From assembly GCA_965242695.1 (NCBI GenBank), contig CBDESU010000001.1, forward strand, positions 544,001 through 608,000: a stretch of 64,000 nt of DNA, written 5' to 3'. The DNA comes from Cenarchaeum sp. GTDB taxonomy: Archaea; Thermoproteota; Nitrososphaeria; Nitrososphaerales; Nitrosopumilaceae. Positions within the stretch are counted from its first letter, which is position 1, and each line of letters begins with the position of its first letter. Below, one piece after another: positions 9,804 to 21,006 of this stretch. The notes below the pieces were generated by a model that saw only the letters and a list, made by a program, of their open reading frames with translations, was not told where the DNA came from and did no database searches. Both the position numbers and the translations under genes were made by a program.

Positions 9804-10904
9804 CTAGGCCGCCGGCGGCGGCTCCTGCGGCCGCCCCTGCCGGCCTTTCCCGGCCGCATCCGCCCTGCTGCCGCCGGCCTCCAGCCCCTCGCCCTTGATC
9901 ATCGCAATGTCGCTTGCCGCATCCCTGCCGCCCATCGTCAGGTACCCCTCGGTGATCAGCCCGTTGGCGCCGCCGCGCAGCAGCGACCTGCCCGCGTCGG
10001 GCAGCATCGCCTCGCGGCCGCCAGACATCTTGATTACCGCCTCGGGCAGCAGGAACCGCAGCACGGCAAACATCCTCTCGGCCTCGCCGGCCGGCAGCGG
10101 GCGCTGCAGCTCGAGGGGCGTGCCGGGGACGGGCACGAGGATGTTGACCGTCACCTCTTCGGGCGCCAGGGCGGCGAGCTCGCAGGCGAGCTCGAGCCGC
10201 TGCCGGCGCGTCTCGCCCATCCCGATGATGCCGCCGGTGCACAGCTCTAGCCCCGCCGAGCGGGCCCTGCGCAGCGTGTCTATCCGGTCGTCGTACGTGT
10301 GGGTCGTGCATATCTCGGGAAACTTTGAGCGGGCCGTCTCTAGGTTGTGGTTGTACCTGCGCACGCCGGCGGCCCTCAGCTCGGCCGCCTGCCCGTCCGT
10401 GAGGAACCCGAGGCTGCACTCGACGCCTATCCCGACCTCGGCGACTATGCGGCGGACCATCTCGCAGACCCTTGCGAACCCGTCGGCCGGCGGGCTGCGC
10501 CAGGCGGCGACCAAACAGTACGAGTCCGACCCCGCATCGCGCGCGCGCCGAGCCCTCTCGACGACCTCGTCCGTTCCGGGCAGCTCGAACGGCTCGCGAC
10601 CCGACGGGTAGAACGCCGACTGGGCGCAGAACGAGCAGTCCTCGGTGCACGAGTTGCGCCGTATGTTGGCCAGCTGCTCGACGTCGACGGACGGCCCGTT
10701 GAACCCGCGCGTTATCGAGTCGGCCGCGGCGGCCAGGTCCGGCAGGCGCGCGTCGGGCACGTCCATGAGCGTCCCGGCATCCTCCAGGCCGATGCCTACG
10801 CCCGACATGACGTCCTCCATGCAGCGCGATATGGGATCGTCCTCGGGGGGCTGCCCGGGGCCGGATGTGCACTGCTCCGCGCCGTCGGACTCGCCGCCGC
10901 CCAT
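9804..10904 (-). CDS. bioB: Biotin synthase BioB
   Basis: 'CTEDCSFCAQS', 'YNHNLET', 'CTGGIIGMGE'. Start codon uncertain. Confidence 0.95.
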   Translation of the reverse strand: MGGGESDGAEQCTSGPGQPPEDDPISRCMEDVMSGVGIGLEDAGTLMDVPDARLPDLAAAADSITRGFNGPSVDVEQLANIRRNSCTEDCSFCAQSAFYPSGREPFELPGTDEVVERARRARDAGSDSYCLVAAWRSPPADGFARVCEMVRRIVAEVGIGVECSLGFLTDGQAAELRAAGVRRYNHNLETARSKFPEICTTHTYDDRIDTLRRARSAGLELCTGGIIGMGETRRQRLELACELAALAPEEVTVNILVPVPGTPLELQRPLPAGEAERMFAVLRFLLPEAVIKMSGGREAMLPDAGRSLLRGGANGLITEGYLTMGGRDAASDIAMIKGEGLEAGGSRADAAGKGRQGRPQEPPPAA

Positions 10905-11495
10905 GCGGCGCGCCGACGAGCGGCGGCAAATAAACCATCGTTGTGCTGCGCCGGGGGATATGGCGGCCCTGAACTGTACTGCCAAATCCCTCCGCGCTGG
11001 CGGCCGTACATGGTCGCAATATCTACACTCGCCTTTGCCGTCGGCGCACAGGCATCCTCGGCGCGGTCGCGTACGGCGGCGGCGACTCGGAACCCGCCTC
11101 CGAGGACGGCACTGCCGCCAGCGTGCCGGCCGCCTGCGCCGAGGGCAATGCCGCCTGCGCCGCCGAGGATGCCCTACGGACGGCCGAGTGGCTGGCCGCC
11201 GGTACGCTCCGCGCTGCCGCCGACGGTGCGGTGGCCGCCGCCGCCGCTGGCCTAGCGGATGTCGCGGTCGACACGGCCGCCGACATTGGTCGGGATGCCG
11301 TGCATGACGTCCGCCAGTCGCAGTCAGGCCTGCACTCGCCGATCGGGCAGTCGAACGCCTGCATGTGCCTGGCCCCTAGCGCCGGCACTGCCGGCATGTT
11401 TTTGCGTCGCCGATCCGAGTCCTATCGACGTCGGCGGCCTGGCGAGGGCCGCCGCCGGTCCGCGTCGGCCATCCGGGCACTGCGGACGGCCAGAT

Positions 11496-11515
11496 TGTCT
11501 TACATATGTAAGACA
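11496..11515. promoter_or_regulatory. Perfect 20-bp palindrome, candidate transcription-factor operator
   Basis: TGTCTTACATATGTAAGACA equals its own reverse complement; AT-rich in a GC-rich divergent intergenic region. Confidence 0.5.
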
Positions 11516-11812
11516 TGTGCGGCGGCCGGCAGGCTCCTCGGCAAGTGCAGGGGCGGCGGCGGACTCGCATCGGCGCCGACACTGGCGGCGGGCATTGAGG
11601 CCGCCACCGCGTCCCGGCCTCCACCGCCGCGTCCCGCCCGGCTCGCCTCTTTCGCCGCATGTCAATCAAGGGCAGTGCGGCGGGCACTGCGGTGGCCGCC
11701 ATGCCGGGCCCGATTGGGTGGGGGCCCCGCGCCGATCGAGGGCAGTGCGGCCGCGCCGCCGGCGGCCATCCGGCCCGACGGAGTTATAGCCAGGCGCGCG
11801 GCCGCCGCCTGC

Positions 11813-14110
11813 ATGTCCCGAGTCCCGTGCCGCCGCCCTGCCCTGTTGCTTGCCGCAGTCCCTGTTGCGCTGGTGGTGCTCTTGCTGGCGACGCCGGCGC
11901 CGCCGGATGTGGCCCATGCCCAGCCCATGCCCCCCCAGCCGCCGGCCGGCAATGATGCCGCCACAGGACTCTCGTCGCCAAGCGACATAGATTACCGTCA
12001 AGGCCGGGCCGTCATTGCCGACACCGGCAACCATCGCATTGCGGTATTCAATGTTGACGGCACCTTTGACAACGTGAACATCACTCTTGCGTTCATGATC
12101 GGCGGGCCGGGCAGCGGCAACGGCACCGGCGAGTTCTCGTCGCCGAAGTCGGTCGCCATGACCCGCAACCACCGAATCGCCGTCGCCGACACCGGCAACC
12201 ACCGCATCCAGGTCTTCCATCCCAACGGCACGTTCGACTTCATGATCGGCGGGCCAAATAGAGGCAACGGCACCGGCGAGTTCTCGTCGCCAATGGGGGT
12301 GGCCATGTTGTCACGCAGCGAGCTGTATGTAGCCGACACCGGCAACCACCGCATCCAAGTCTTCCGCCCCAACGGCGTGTTCGATTTCATGATCGGTGGG
12401 CCAACGTACTTCGGCAACGACACCGTTATCGAGGAGTTCTCGTCGCCCGAGGATGTGGAGGTAGAATTCCCATCTGGAGATATCGCCGTCGCCGACACCG
12501 GCAACCACCGCATCCAGCGGTTAGATCCTGACGGCAGTTTTTGGATCGAGTTCGGAACGGAGGGCAACGGCACTAGGCAGCTAAGCGCCCCAGGATCTAT
12601 TGAGATTGCCGGGAGCACGCTTGTCGTCGCCGACACCGGCAACCACCGCGTTCAGCTGTTCACCTCACTGGGGACGCATGCTGACGTAATAGGAACGAAG
12701 GGCACCGGCGACGGGCAGCTATTGTCGCCGGAAGGGGCCGTGATTGGCGGGTGGTCGATGCCCTACGTCGCCGACACCGGCAACCACCGCATCCAGGTCT
12801 TTTATCGCAACGGCACGCTGCATCCAAACAGCACGTCATTTTTTAATCTGCCGTTGCCGGGCGGCAACGGCAACGGCACGGACGGCCCGCCGGCGACGGG
12901 GATGCCGGGCGGCAACGGCACGGACGGCCCGCCGGCGACGGGGATGCCGGGCGGCAACGGCACGGACGGCCCGCCGGCGACGGGGATGCCGGGCGGCAAC
13001 GGCACGGACGGCCCGCCGGCGACGGGGATGCCGGGCGGCAACGGCACGGACGGCCCGCCGGCGACGGGGATGCCGGGCGGCAACGGCACGGACGGCCCGC
13101 CGGCGACGGGGATGCCGGGCGGCAACGGCACGTCCTCCCCCTCCACGCATCCCGCTGACCTCTCTCACATCGCCCCAGACTCGAACGGCATGCTCCCTCC
13201 TGACCAGTCCGGGATCTCAAGGGAGGCGGCGGCGGTCATGTTCGCTCCCCGCACCAATTTTACCCGTGCCGGCACCGGAGAGGCGCACACAGGGCAGATC
13301 AACGTCACGGTGGCCAGCGGCGAAAGGCAGGAGGCCGCCGTGGCCGCGCTTGTGGGGCTCGGGAATGCCGGCGCATCCGAAAGGATCGGCACCGTAGTGG
13401 AGATCGGCAGTCCCGACGAGGACATTGCACTGGACGGCATCGCGATCGTACTGCTCCGGGGCCAGCCGCCGCATGCCGAGCTCTACCACATGGATAGCGC
13501 CGGCAGCGTAACGAAGATACCGGAGTGCGGCAGCGCCGAGTATCCGGCAGACTGGCTTGGGGACAACCTAGCATCGACGCCGTTCTGTCATGTCGCATCG
13601 GGAGGCAGTGCGGCCATGTGGAACTATACAATCTACACGTACCGCCTGAGCGCATTCTTCGCCGTTGGGTCGCAGCCGCCGCCGGCGGGCGCCGTGGACA
13701 GCTGCTCGATAGCGCTCGCCGACGAGTCGCTTGCCGTAAGCGCCGCCCCGGGCAGTGCCTCGCAGCCGGTCAAGCAGACCCTGAGCAATGCAGGCTCGCT
13801 TGTCCTCAAGAACGTCGAGATCAACGCGACGCGGTGGTTTTTCGACCCCGCGGGCGAGCCTCCGTACGGCGCGAATGCCGCGTCGTTGCCGCCCACCCTC
13901 ACCGAGCTGAGCTTGACGTATCCGGCCCTGGGCACGTTCAAGGCCCTGCCCGCTGGAGGGACGGCTCTGCTGCCGCTGGCCGCCGGCCTGCCGCCCGACG
14001 GCGAGCTTAGCCTATGGTACAGGCTCAACCTGGACGGCCGGCAGGCCGGCGGCGGGGTGCTCGTGCAGTACGTATCGTATGTGGCAGAGTGCGCCGCCCC
14101 TGCCCCCTAG
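11813..14110 (+). CDS. Secreted NHL-repeat (beta-propeller) surface protein
   Basis: Signal peptide 'ALLLAAVPVALVVLLLA...AHA'; about six 'VADTGNHRIQVF' repeats; low-complexity linker; 'ttatag' upstream. Confidence 0.88.
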   Translation: MSRVPCRRPALLLAAVPVALVVLLLATPAPPDVAHAQPMPPQPPAGNDAATGLSSPSDIDYRQGRAVIADTGNHRIAVFNVDGTFDNVNITLAFMIGGPGSGNGTGEFSSPKSVAMTRNHRIAVADTGNHRIQVFHPNGTFDFMIGGPNRGNGTGEFSSPMGVAMLSRSELYVADTGNHRIQVFRPNGVFDFMIGGPTYFGNDTVIEEFSSPEDVEVEFPSGDIAVADTGNHRIQRLDPDGSFWIEFGTEGNGTRQLSAPGSIEIAGSTLVVADTGNHRVQLFTSLGTHADVIGTKGTGDGQLLSPEGAVIGGWSMPYVADTGNHRIQVFYRNGTLHPNSTSFFNLPLPGGNGNGTDGPPATGMPGGNGTDGPPATGMPGGNGTDGPPATGMPGGNGTDGPPATGMPGGNGTDGPPATGMPGGNGTDGPPATGMPGGNGTSSPSTHPADLSHIAPDSNGMLPPDQSGISREAAAVMFAPRTNFTRAGTGEAHTGQINVTVASGERQEAAVAALVGLGNAGASERIGTVVEIGSPDEDIALDGIAIVLLRGQPPHAELYHMDSAGSVTKIPECGSAEYPADWLGDNLASTPFCHVASGGSAAMWNYTIYTYRLSAFFAVGSQPPPAGAVDSCSIALADESLAVSAAPGSASQPVKQTLSNAGSLVLKNVEINATRWFFDPAGEPPYGANAASLPPTLTELSLTYPALGTFKALPAGGTALLPLAAGLPPDGELSLWYRLNLDGRQAGGGVLVQYVSYVAECAAPAP
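12869..13132 (+). repeat. 42-bp coding tandem repeat, 6 full copies plus a partial (GNGTDGPPATGMPG)
   Basis: Identical unit ggcaacggcacggacggcccgccggcgacggggatgccgggc. Confidence 0.95.
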
Positions 14111-14227
14111 ACGCCGAGCGCTCTTGCCCAGGTCAGGGCCACGGCTTGAATTTTTCGGGCGGCCGCGACACCCAAGGCAGCGGCCGGAAAACGGTAACCA
14201 TACATATGACCGTGGGGCGGCGCGGGG

Positions 14228-17200
14228 ATGGCGACATCCCGAGCGGCCATTGCGTTGCTTGCCGTCGCCGCCGCGGCGCTGGCGACCGTCCCGCTTGCGG
14301 CCCCTGACGCGGCGCATGCCGTCGCCGAGACCGCCGACGGCACAGCGGCCACCGCCACCGCCACCGCCACCGCCGCGCCGGAGGTTGCGGCCGGCATGGC
14401 GGCCGTCGCCGACACCGGCAACCACCGCATCCAAGTCTTGAATGCCGACGGCACTCCCGCCTTCGAGTTCGGGTCGCACGGCAGCGGCGCCGGCGAGTTC
14501 TCGGCGCCGGAGGGGGTCGCACTGGGCGGCGACGGCATGATCGCCGTCGCCGACACCGGCAACGACCGCGTGCAGGTCTTCCATCCCAACGGCACGTTCT
14601 ACCATGCGTTCGGCTCGCACGGCTCCGCCGTTGGGCAGTTCGACGGCCCGCGTTCGGTCGCCTTTGTTCCGTGGCTTGGCATGATCGCCGTCGCCGACAC
14701 CGGCAACGATCGCATTCAGGTGCTCTACATAGACGGCACTCCCGCCTTCGAGTTCGGGTCGGAGGGCCGGGCCGCGGGGCAGTTCTCGGCGCCCGAAGGG
14801 GTCGCCTTTGCGCGCGACGGCATGATCGCCGTCGCCGACACCGGCAACGATCGCATTCAGGTGCTCTACATAGACGGCACTCCCGCCTTCGAGTTCGGGT
14901 CGGAGGGCCGGGCCGCGGGGCAGTTCTCGGCGCCCGAAGGGGTCGCCTTTGCGCGCGACGGCATGATCGCCGTCGCCGACACCGGCAACGACCGCGTGCA
15001 GGTATTTTGGCCCGACGGCGATTTTTGGCGCATGTTTGGATCCCACGGCGACGGCGACGGGCAGTTCGACGGCCCGCGTTCGGTCGCATTCGCGGCATCG
15101 GACAACCGGATCGCCGTCGCCGACACCGGCAACGACCGCGTGCAGATCTTGGGCATTGGCGGCGGCTTTGTCAGCGAGTTTGACTCGCCGGGCACTGCCG
15201 GGCAGATCAGCTACATGCGGTTGGCTACGCCTGTTCCGTTCGCGTTGCCGTACGACGATGTTGGCGGCCCGTCCGGTTTGCTCGGCCCGTCCGGCGCATC
15301 GGGACCGTCCGGCGCATCGGGACCGTCCGAATGCCGGCAGGCGGGCAGCGGCGTGCATGCGGCGGCACCTTCCGGCGTGAATTTCTCTAGCGCGTTTGCC
15401 GTTGCCGATCGCAACAACCACCGAATCCAGGTCTTCCATGCAAACGGCACCTTTGACTTTGCGTTCGGGTCGTTAGGCAGTGGCGAATGCGAGTTTAGGT
15501 TGCCAGAGTCCGCGGCCTACTCGCCGTCCGGTGATCAGATCGCCGTGGCCGACCGGCGGAACAACCGAATCCAGGTCTTCCATGCAAACGGCACCTTTGA
15601 CTTCATGATCGGGGGGACGGCAAGCGGCAACGGCACCGGGCAGTTTGCCAGTCCGCGCTCGGTCGCATACTCCCCGGACGGCACCCGGATCGCCGTGGCC
15701 GATAGGTTCAACTACCGCATCCAGGTATTCCACGCCGCCGACGGCGCGTTCGACTTTGCATTTGAGCCGCCTGCCACCGCCAACAGAACTTATATCGAGC
15801 CGCGCTCCGTCGCGTACTCGCCGTCCGGCGATCTAATCGCCGTGGCCTTGGGCAACCACAGCGTCCAGATCTTCCACGCCGCCGACGGTACGTTTGCCGG
15901 CGACCTCGGATCGTGGAGCGGTGATCGCAGGGAGAATGATTACACCGATCCCACATTCGCCGGCTTTTCCCCTTCGGGCGACCAGATCGCGACGGTTAGC
16001 CCCTAGGACAATACTGTAAAGGTGATCGGCGCCTATGGCGCCTTTGGGCATGCAATTGGGCGGTACGGCTTTGGCGAGGGAGAATTGGACGGGCCCAGTG
16101 GCGCGGCCTACGACTCGTCCAATGCCAAGATCGGCGTGGCCGATACGTACAACCACCGCATTCAGGTCTTCCGCGCCGACGGCACGTCGTCCACCCCCAT
16201 TGGGCTCTGGGGCTCCGGCGACGGGCAGTTTAAGCTGCCATACTCCGTTACATTCGCGCCGCCGCCGCTGCCCATGGCGCTGCCCGGGATGTTTGTGGTG
16301 GCCGACACCGGCAACGACCGCGTGCAGGTGTTCAGCGCCAACGGCACGTATGCCGGCAAGATCGCCGCGGGGCAGCTCAACGCGCCGGCGTCCGCGGCGT
16401 ACTCGCCCGACGGAACACGGATCGCCGTCGCCGACGCGGGCAACGACCGCGTGCAGGTGTTCAGCGCGGCGGACGGCGCCCATGTCAGGAGCATCGGGGC
16501 GGCCGGCGCCGGCAACGGGCAGCTCAACGCGCCGGCGTCCGCGGCATGGTCGCCCAACGGCACGGCGATCGCCGTCGCCGACGCGGGCAACGACCGCGTG
16601 CAGGTGTTCAGCGCGGCGGACGGCGCCCATGTCAGGAGCATCGGGGCGGCCGGCGCCGGCAACGGGCAGCTCAACGCGCCGGCGTCCGCGGCGTACTCGC
16701 CCGACGGAACACGGATCGCCGTCGCCGACGCGGGCAACGACCGCGTGCAGGTGTTCAGCGCGGCGGACGGCGCCCATGTCAGGAGCATCGGGGCGGCCGG
16801 CGCCGGCAACGGGCAGCTCAACGCGCCGGCGTCCGCGGCGTACTCGCCCGACGGAACACGGATCGCCGTCGCCGACGCGGGCAACGACCGCGTGCAGGTG
16901 TTCAGCGCGGCGGACGGCGCCCATGTCAGGAGCATCGGGGCGGGGCAGCTCAACGCGCCCGCATCGGTGTCGTATTCCCTGTCCGGTGACTTGATCGCCG
17001 TCGCCGACGCGGGCAACGACCGCGTGCAGGTGTTCAGCGCGACCAACGGCAGCTTGGCCCTCGGCTTTGGTGCGGCCGGCGACGGCGACGGCCTGTTCAA
17101 CCGTCTGGCGTCCGCGGCCTTTGTTGGCGCGACGGCAGTCATGCCGACGCCGGCCGAGCCCGAGCCGCCGGCCGAGCCCGATCCGCCGGCCGAGCCCGAG

Positions 17201-19000
17201 CCGCCGGCGGACGGCAGGCTGGCGCCAGGCGCGATCGCAGTTTCCGAGCGCGGCGCGCACCGCGTACAGGTGTTCCACCCCAACGGCACGTTCGACTTTG
17301 CGTTCGGCGGGCCGGACGCGGGCAGCGCCAACGGGTCGTTCAGCGAGCCCATGTCGGTGGCCCTCGCGCCAGGCGGCGGCGCGATCGCCGTTGCCGACAG
17401 CGGCAACGACCGCGTACAGGTGTTCCACCCCAACGGCACGTTCGACTTTGCGTTCGGCCAGTCCGGCGCCGCCAACGGCTCGTTCAGCTACCCCGTCGGC
17501 ATTGCGTATTCCCGCGACGGCGCCCGGCTCGCAGTCGCCGAGTTCTACAACCACCGCGTGCAGGTGTTCGGCGCGGCCGACGGCGCCCACCTTGCCACGT
17601 TCGGCGGGCAGGAGGGCGGCGGCAGCGATCAGTTCAAGACTCCCCGCACCGTGTCGTTTTCCCCCGACGGCGGCACGATCGCCGTCGCCGATGCGTTCAA
17701 CAACCGCATAAAGCTGATCAACGCCGCAACCGGCGCGTACATCGGCCAGCTGGGCCCCGGAGGGGCGGGCAGCAGCGCCGTCGGCGCGTTCAGCACTGCC
17801 CGAGCCGCGGCGTACTCGCCCGACGGCGGCGAGATCGCCACGGTCGACAGGGGCAACAACCGCGTGCAGGTGTTCTACACGGAAAACAGGACGGTCGACT
17901 ACGAGTTCGGCTGGCAGGGCTCGGGCAACCGGCAGTTCAACAACCCGACCGGGATCGCGTACTCTGCCGACGGCGGCCTGCTCGCCGTCGCCGACATGAA
18001 CAACCACCGCGTGACGGTGTTCCACGCCGCCGACGGCCACAGGGCCCGGGACTTTGGATCCGACGGTTCCCTCGCGGGGAACTTTAGCCGGCCTGCATCC
18101 GTGGCTTTTGTCGCGCCGCCCCCATCCCCGCCCAGTTCCATGATTGCTGTCACCGACCATTCCAACAACCGCATCCAGGTGTTCGACGCCGCGACCGGCG
18201 ACTCCGTGCTCAAGTTCGGGGGGAGAGGCTCCGCTAACGGGGAGTTCCACTCACCGACCGGCGTCGCATACTCGCCCAACGGAAGCAGGCTGGCCGTGGC
18301 CGATCACAACAACCACCGCATCCAGGTGTTCGACGCCGCGACCGGCGACTTTTTGCTCAAGTTCGGTAGGCTTGGCAGCATTGCCAGCGGGTCGCTCAAT
18401 GGTCCGACCGGCGTCGCATACTCGCCCAACGGAAGCAGGCTGGCCGTGGCCGAGTGGGGGAACAACCGCATCCAGGTGTTCGACGCCGCGACCGGCGACT
18501 CCGTGCTCAAGTTCGGGGGGAGAGGCTCCGCTAACGGGGAGTTCCACTCACCGACCGGCGTCGCATACTCGCCCAACGGAAGCAGGCTGGCCGTGGCCGA
18601 TCACAACAACCACCGCATCCAGGTGTTCGACGCCGCGACCGGCGACTTTTTGCTCAAGTTCGGGGGGAGGGGCTCCGCTAACGGGGAGTTCAACAACCCA
18701 GAGGGTGTCGCGTATTCGCCTCTCGACGGAAGCAGCTTGGCCGTGTCAGATAAACGCAACCACCGCGTCCAGATGTTCGACGCCGCGACCGGCGACTTCG
18801 TGTTCAAGTTCGGGCAGCCTGGCGGTGGTAACGGGTCGCTCATTTACGCGGGATTAATCGCGTACTCGCCCGACGGAAGCAGGCTCGCCGTGGCCGACGT
18901 ACGCGGCGTCCAGGTGTTCGGCGCCGCCACCGGCGTCTATATGCTTGAGTATGCTAGTGGTATTTGGGGAACCGGCGTTGCCTACTCGCCGTTGCAGTAG
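14228..19000 (+). CDS. Large secreted NHL-repeat protein interrupted by one in-frame TAG at 16004-16006
   Basis: ORFs 14228..16006 and 16022..19000 share a frame; the junction 'IATVSP*DNTVKVIG' lies inside one NHL repeat; N-terminal signal peptide; blocks of near-identical repeats. Confidence 0.85.
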
Positions 19001-19171
19001 TGTACCGATGTCGTGATCTAGCTGCCTTGTTGCATAAAGTACTTCTGACGCCTATGCGCATTTATGCTGTGGTCGTCAGTGGTGTGGGTGTGCAATAAGA
19101 TGGATACAGTGCCAATGTCAGGTTTTGGGCTTGCGGACTTGCGCCTAGCAATAAGAAAAAGGGGATGGGTG

Positions 19172-19561
19172 TCACTGCTTCACTGTCGCTGGCAGTGCCG
19201 GCCGCACCGGCTTGGCGAAGGGCGGCCGCGTCGGGCCGAGTTCCGCACTGTCGCCGAACACGCGCGTCCGCAGAAACTCGGCGCGGGTCATGCCGGCCTG
19301 TCGCGCAGCCTTGTCGAGTGCGCCGGCCTCGGCGACCGTCATGCCGAGCGACGCGCGCACGCGCTTCGGTGCGTCCCGCCCGGTGAGCCGCCTGATGGTG
19401 CGCCGCAGTTCCGCGACCTCGGCCTCGGCCGCGGCCAGCCTGGTTTCCAGCCCGTCCCGTCCGCGCATGTCGAGCGCGTCCGCAACGAGCTCGGCCATGG
19501 CCGCCGATTGGGATATGCGGCGGCCCTCGGCCCGCTGCCGCACTGCCTCGATGGTGGCCAT
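19172..19561 (-). CDS. Small protein with two ribbon-helix-helix-like motifs and a coiled coil
   Basis: 'IEAVRQRAEGRRISQSAAMAELV' and 'LGMTVAEAGALDKAARQAGMTRAEFLR' (CopG/MobC-like). Confidence 0.6.
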   Translation of the reverse strand: MATIEAVRQRAEGRRISQSAAMAELVADALDMRGRDGLETRLAAAEAEVAELRRTIRRLTGRDAPKRVRASLGMTVAEAGALDKAARQAGMTRAEFLRTRVFGDSAELGPTRPPFAKPVRPALPATVKQ

Positions 19562-19660
19562 CGGCAGGCGCGCCGACCAGACCTGTTGTTATGAGTCAAT
19601 CCGGCCGCGCGGCGGGCGGCCCCGCCGCATCTTTATAGGCGGCCCCCGGACGGGCCCCCC

Positions 19661-20734
19661 ATGGCATCGCGCAGGGCCATATTCGTCAACGGGTACGGCT
19701 CGATAGGGCGGCGCATCGCCGCGTTCCTCGCCGAGGATGGCGACATCGAGATTACCGGCGTAGGCAAGCACACGCCGGACGCGGGCGTCGGCGAGGCGAT
19801 CAAGAGGGGCCTGCGCGTGTACGCCCCCCGCGACAGGCTCGGCAGGTTCGCCGGCACCGGAGCGGCGGGGGCGATCGAGGATGCCGTGCGCGACAGCGAC
19901 CTCGTAATCGACGCGTCCCCGGGCGGGACGGGCATCCGCAACAAGAGGTCGCTGTACGAGCCGCACGGCACGCCTGCCATATACCAGGGCGGCGAGACCG
20001 TGCGCGGGCCGGACGCCGTGTCCGACCTCCTGTTCAACTCGCGCGTAAACTACGCCGAGGCCGTAGGCAGGGACCACGTCATGCAGGGCAGCTGCAACGT
20101 CACGGGGATCGGCAGGGTCGTCGAGCCACTGCGCGCCAGGTACGGCCCCCGCATAGAGAGGATCGACGTGACGCTCGTGCGCCGCTGGGCCGACATCGAG
20201 CAGTCGGAAAAGGACGTCGCCGACACGATAGAGATGACGCAGAGCCCCCACCACGGCGACGACGTAAGGTCGTACATGGGCGAGGAGACGCCGCTGTTCC
20301 TGCGCGCCATAAAGGTACCGAGCCGCCAGATGCACCTGCATATAATGGACGTGAGGTTTGCGGCCGGCGGGGGCGATGCGCCGCGCCCGTCAGAGTTCCT
20401 CGCCGCCCTGGCGGGCGAGCCAGGCGTGGCGACCCTGTGGACGGCCGGCGGGACGGCCGACGTGCGCCGCTTTGCCGGCGAGATGGGGTTTAGCTTTGCC
20501 GACACGAACATGATCCACGTGCACGCCAACATGACTGCGACCGTCGGCGATACGGTCCAGACGATGTACTCGGACGACCAGACGGGGATCGTCATACCCG
20601 AGAACCACATGCTCGCGCAGGCCATGCTGTTCGGGCGGCCGTACGAGGAGGCGCGCCGCCGCACCGACTCGCTCTTCCACATGCCCGAGAAGAAGCGCCG
20701 CCTCGAGGAGCGGTTCGCGCGGCCGGCCGAGTAG
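19661..20734 (+). CDS. gap: Archaeal type II glyceraldehyde-3-phosphate dehydrogenase
   Basis: 'VNGYGSIGRR', 'SCNVTG', 'SPHHGDDV', 'IVIPEN'; TATA 'tttata' upstream. Confidence 0.93.
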   Translation: MASRRAIFVNGYGSIGRRIAAFLAEDGDIEITGVGKHTPDAGVGEAIKRGLRVYAPRDRLGRFAGTGAAGAIEDAVRDSDLVIDASPGGTGIRNKRSLYEPHGTPAIYQGGETVRGPDAVSDLLFNSRVNYAEAVGRDHVMQGSCNVTGIGRVVEPLRARYGPRIERIDVTLVRRWADIEQSEKDVADTIEMTQSPHHGDDVRSYMGEETPLFLRAIKVPSRQMHLHIMDVRFAAGGGDAPRPSEFLAALAGEPGVATLWTAGGTADVRRFAGEMGFSFADTNMIHVHANMTATVGDTVQTMYSDDQTGIVIPENHMLAQAMLFGRPYEEARRRTDSLFHMPEKKRRLEERFARPAE

Positions 20735-20882
20735 GGCGGCGGGCCGGCGCCCTAGCGCCGCGGGCCGGCGGGGGCCGTCCCCCATGTCCGCCTCGCCCGA
20801 CCTCCGTGGCGGGCCGGCGCCCTAGCGCCGCGTGGGCCGGCGGGGGCTAGTTCTTATATGCAAGTTAGGCGCCCCTAGGCAC

Positions 20883-20999
20883 GTGGACGAGATAATATGC
20901 CTCCACTGCGAGGGCGTCATTGTCGTGTACTACCACTACGGGTACAGGGGCACGCGCGGCCGGTGCCCAAAGTGCGAGGCAGAGTTCCCGCTGGAATGA
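20883..20999 (+). CDS. 38-aa zinc-ribbon microprotein (not in the ORF track)
   Basis: GTG-started MDEIICLHCEGVIVVYYHYGYRGTRGRCPKCEAEFPLE*, two CxxC pairs; 'ttatat' about 25 bp upstream; 7 bp before the cyclase start. Confidence 0.7.
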   Translation: MDEIICLHCEGVIVVYYHYGYRGTRGRCPKCEAEFPLE

Positions 21000-21006
21000 T
21001 GCGCGC

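Noticed and set aside
11000-11812. Upstream extension of the first NHL ORF, or a small frameshifted membrane protein at ~11010-11400
   Set aside because: The signal peptide and TATA box place the NHL start at 11813; the upstream segment is protein-like only in patches and cannot be supported.
16004-16006. Pyrrolysine or genome-wide TAG recoding
   Set aside because: TAG terminates many clearly complete genes here (ubiX, gap, bioB); no pyl genes seen.
20738-20847. Two ~38-bp direct repeats downstream of gap
   Set aside because: Only two GC-rich copies; likely a local duplication with no further structure.
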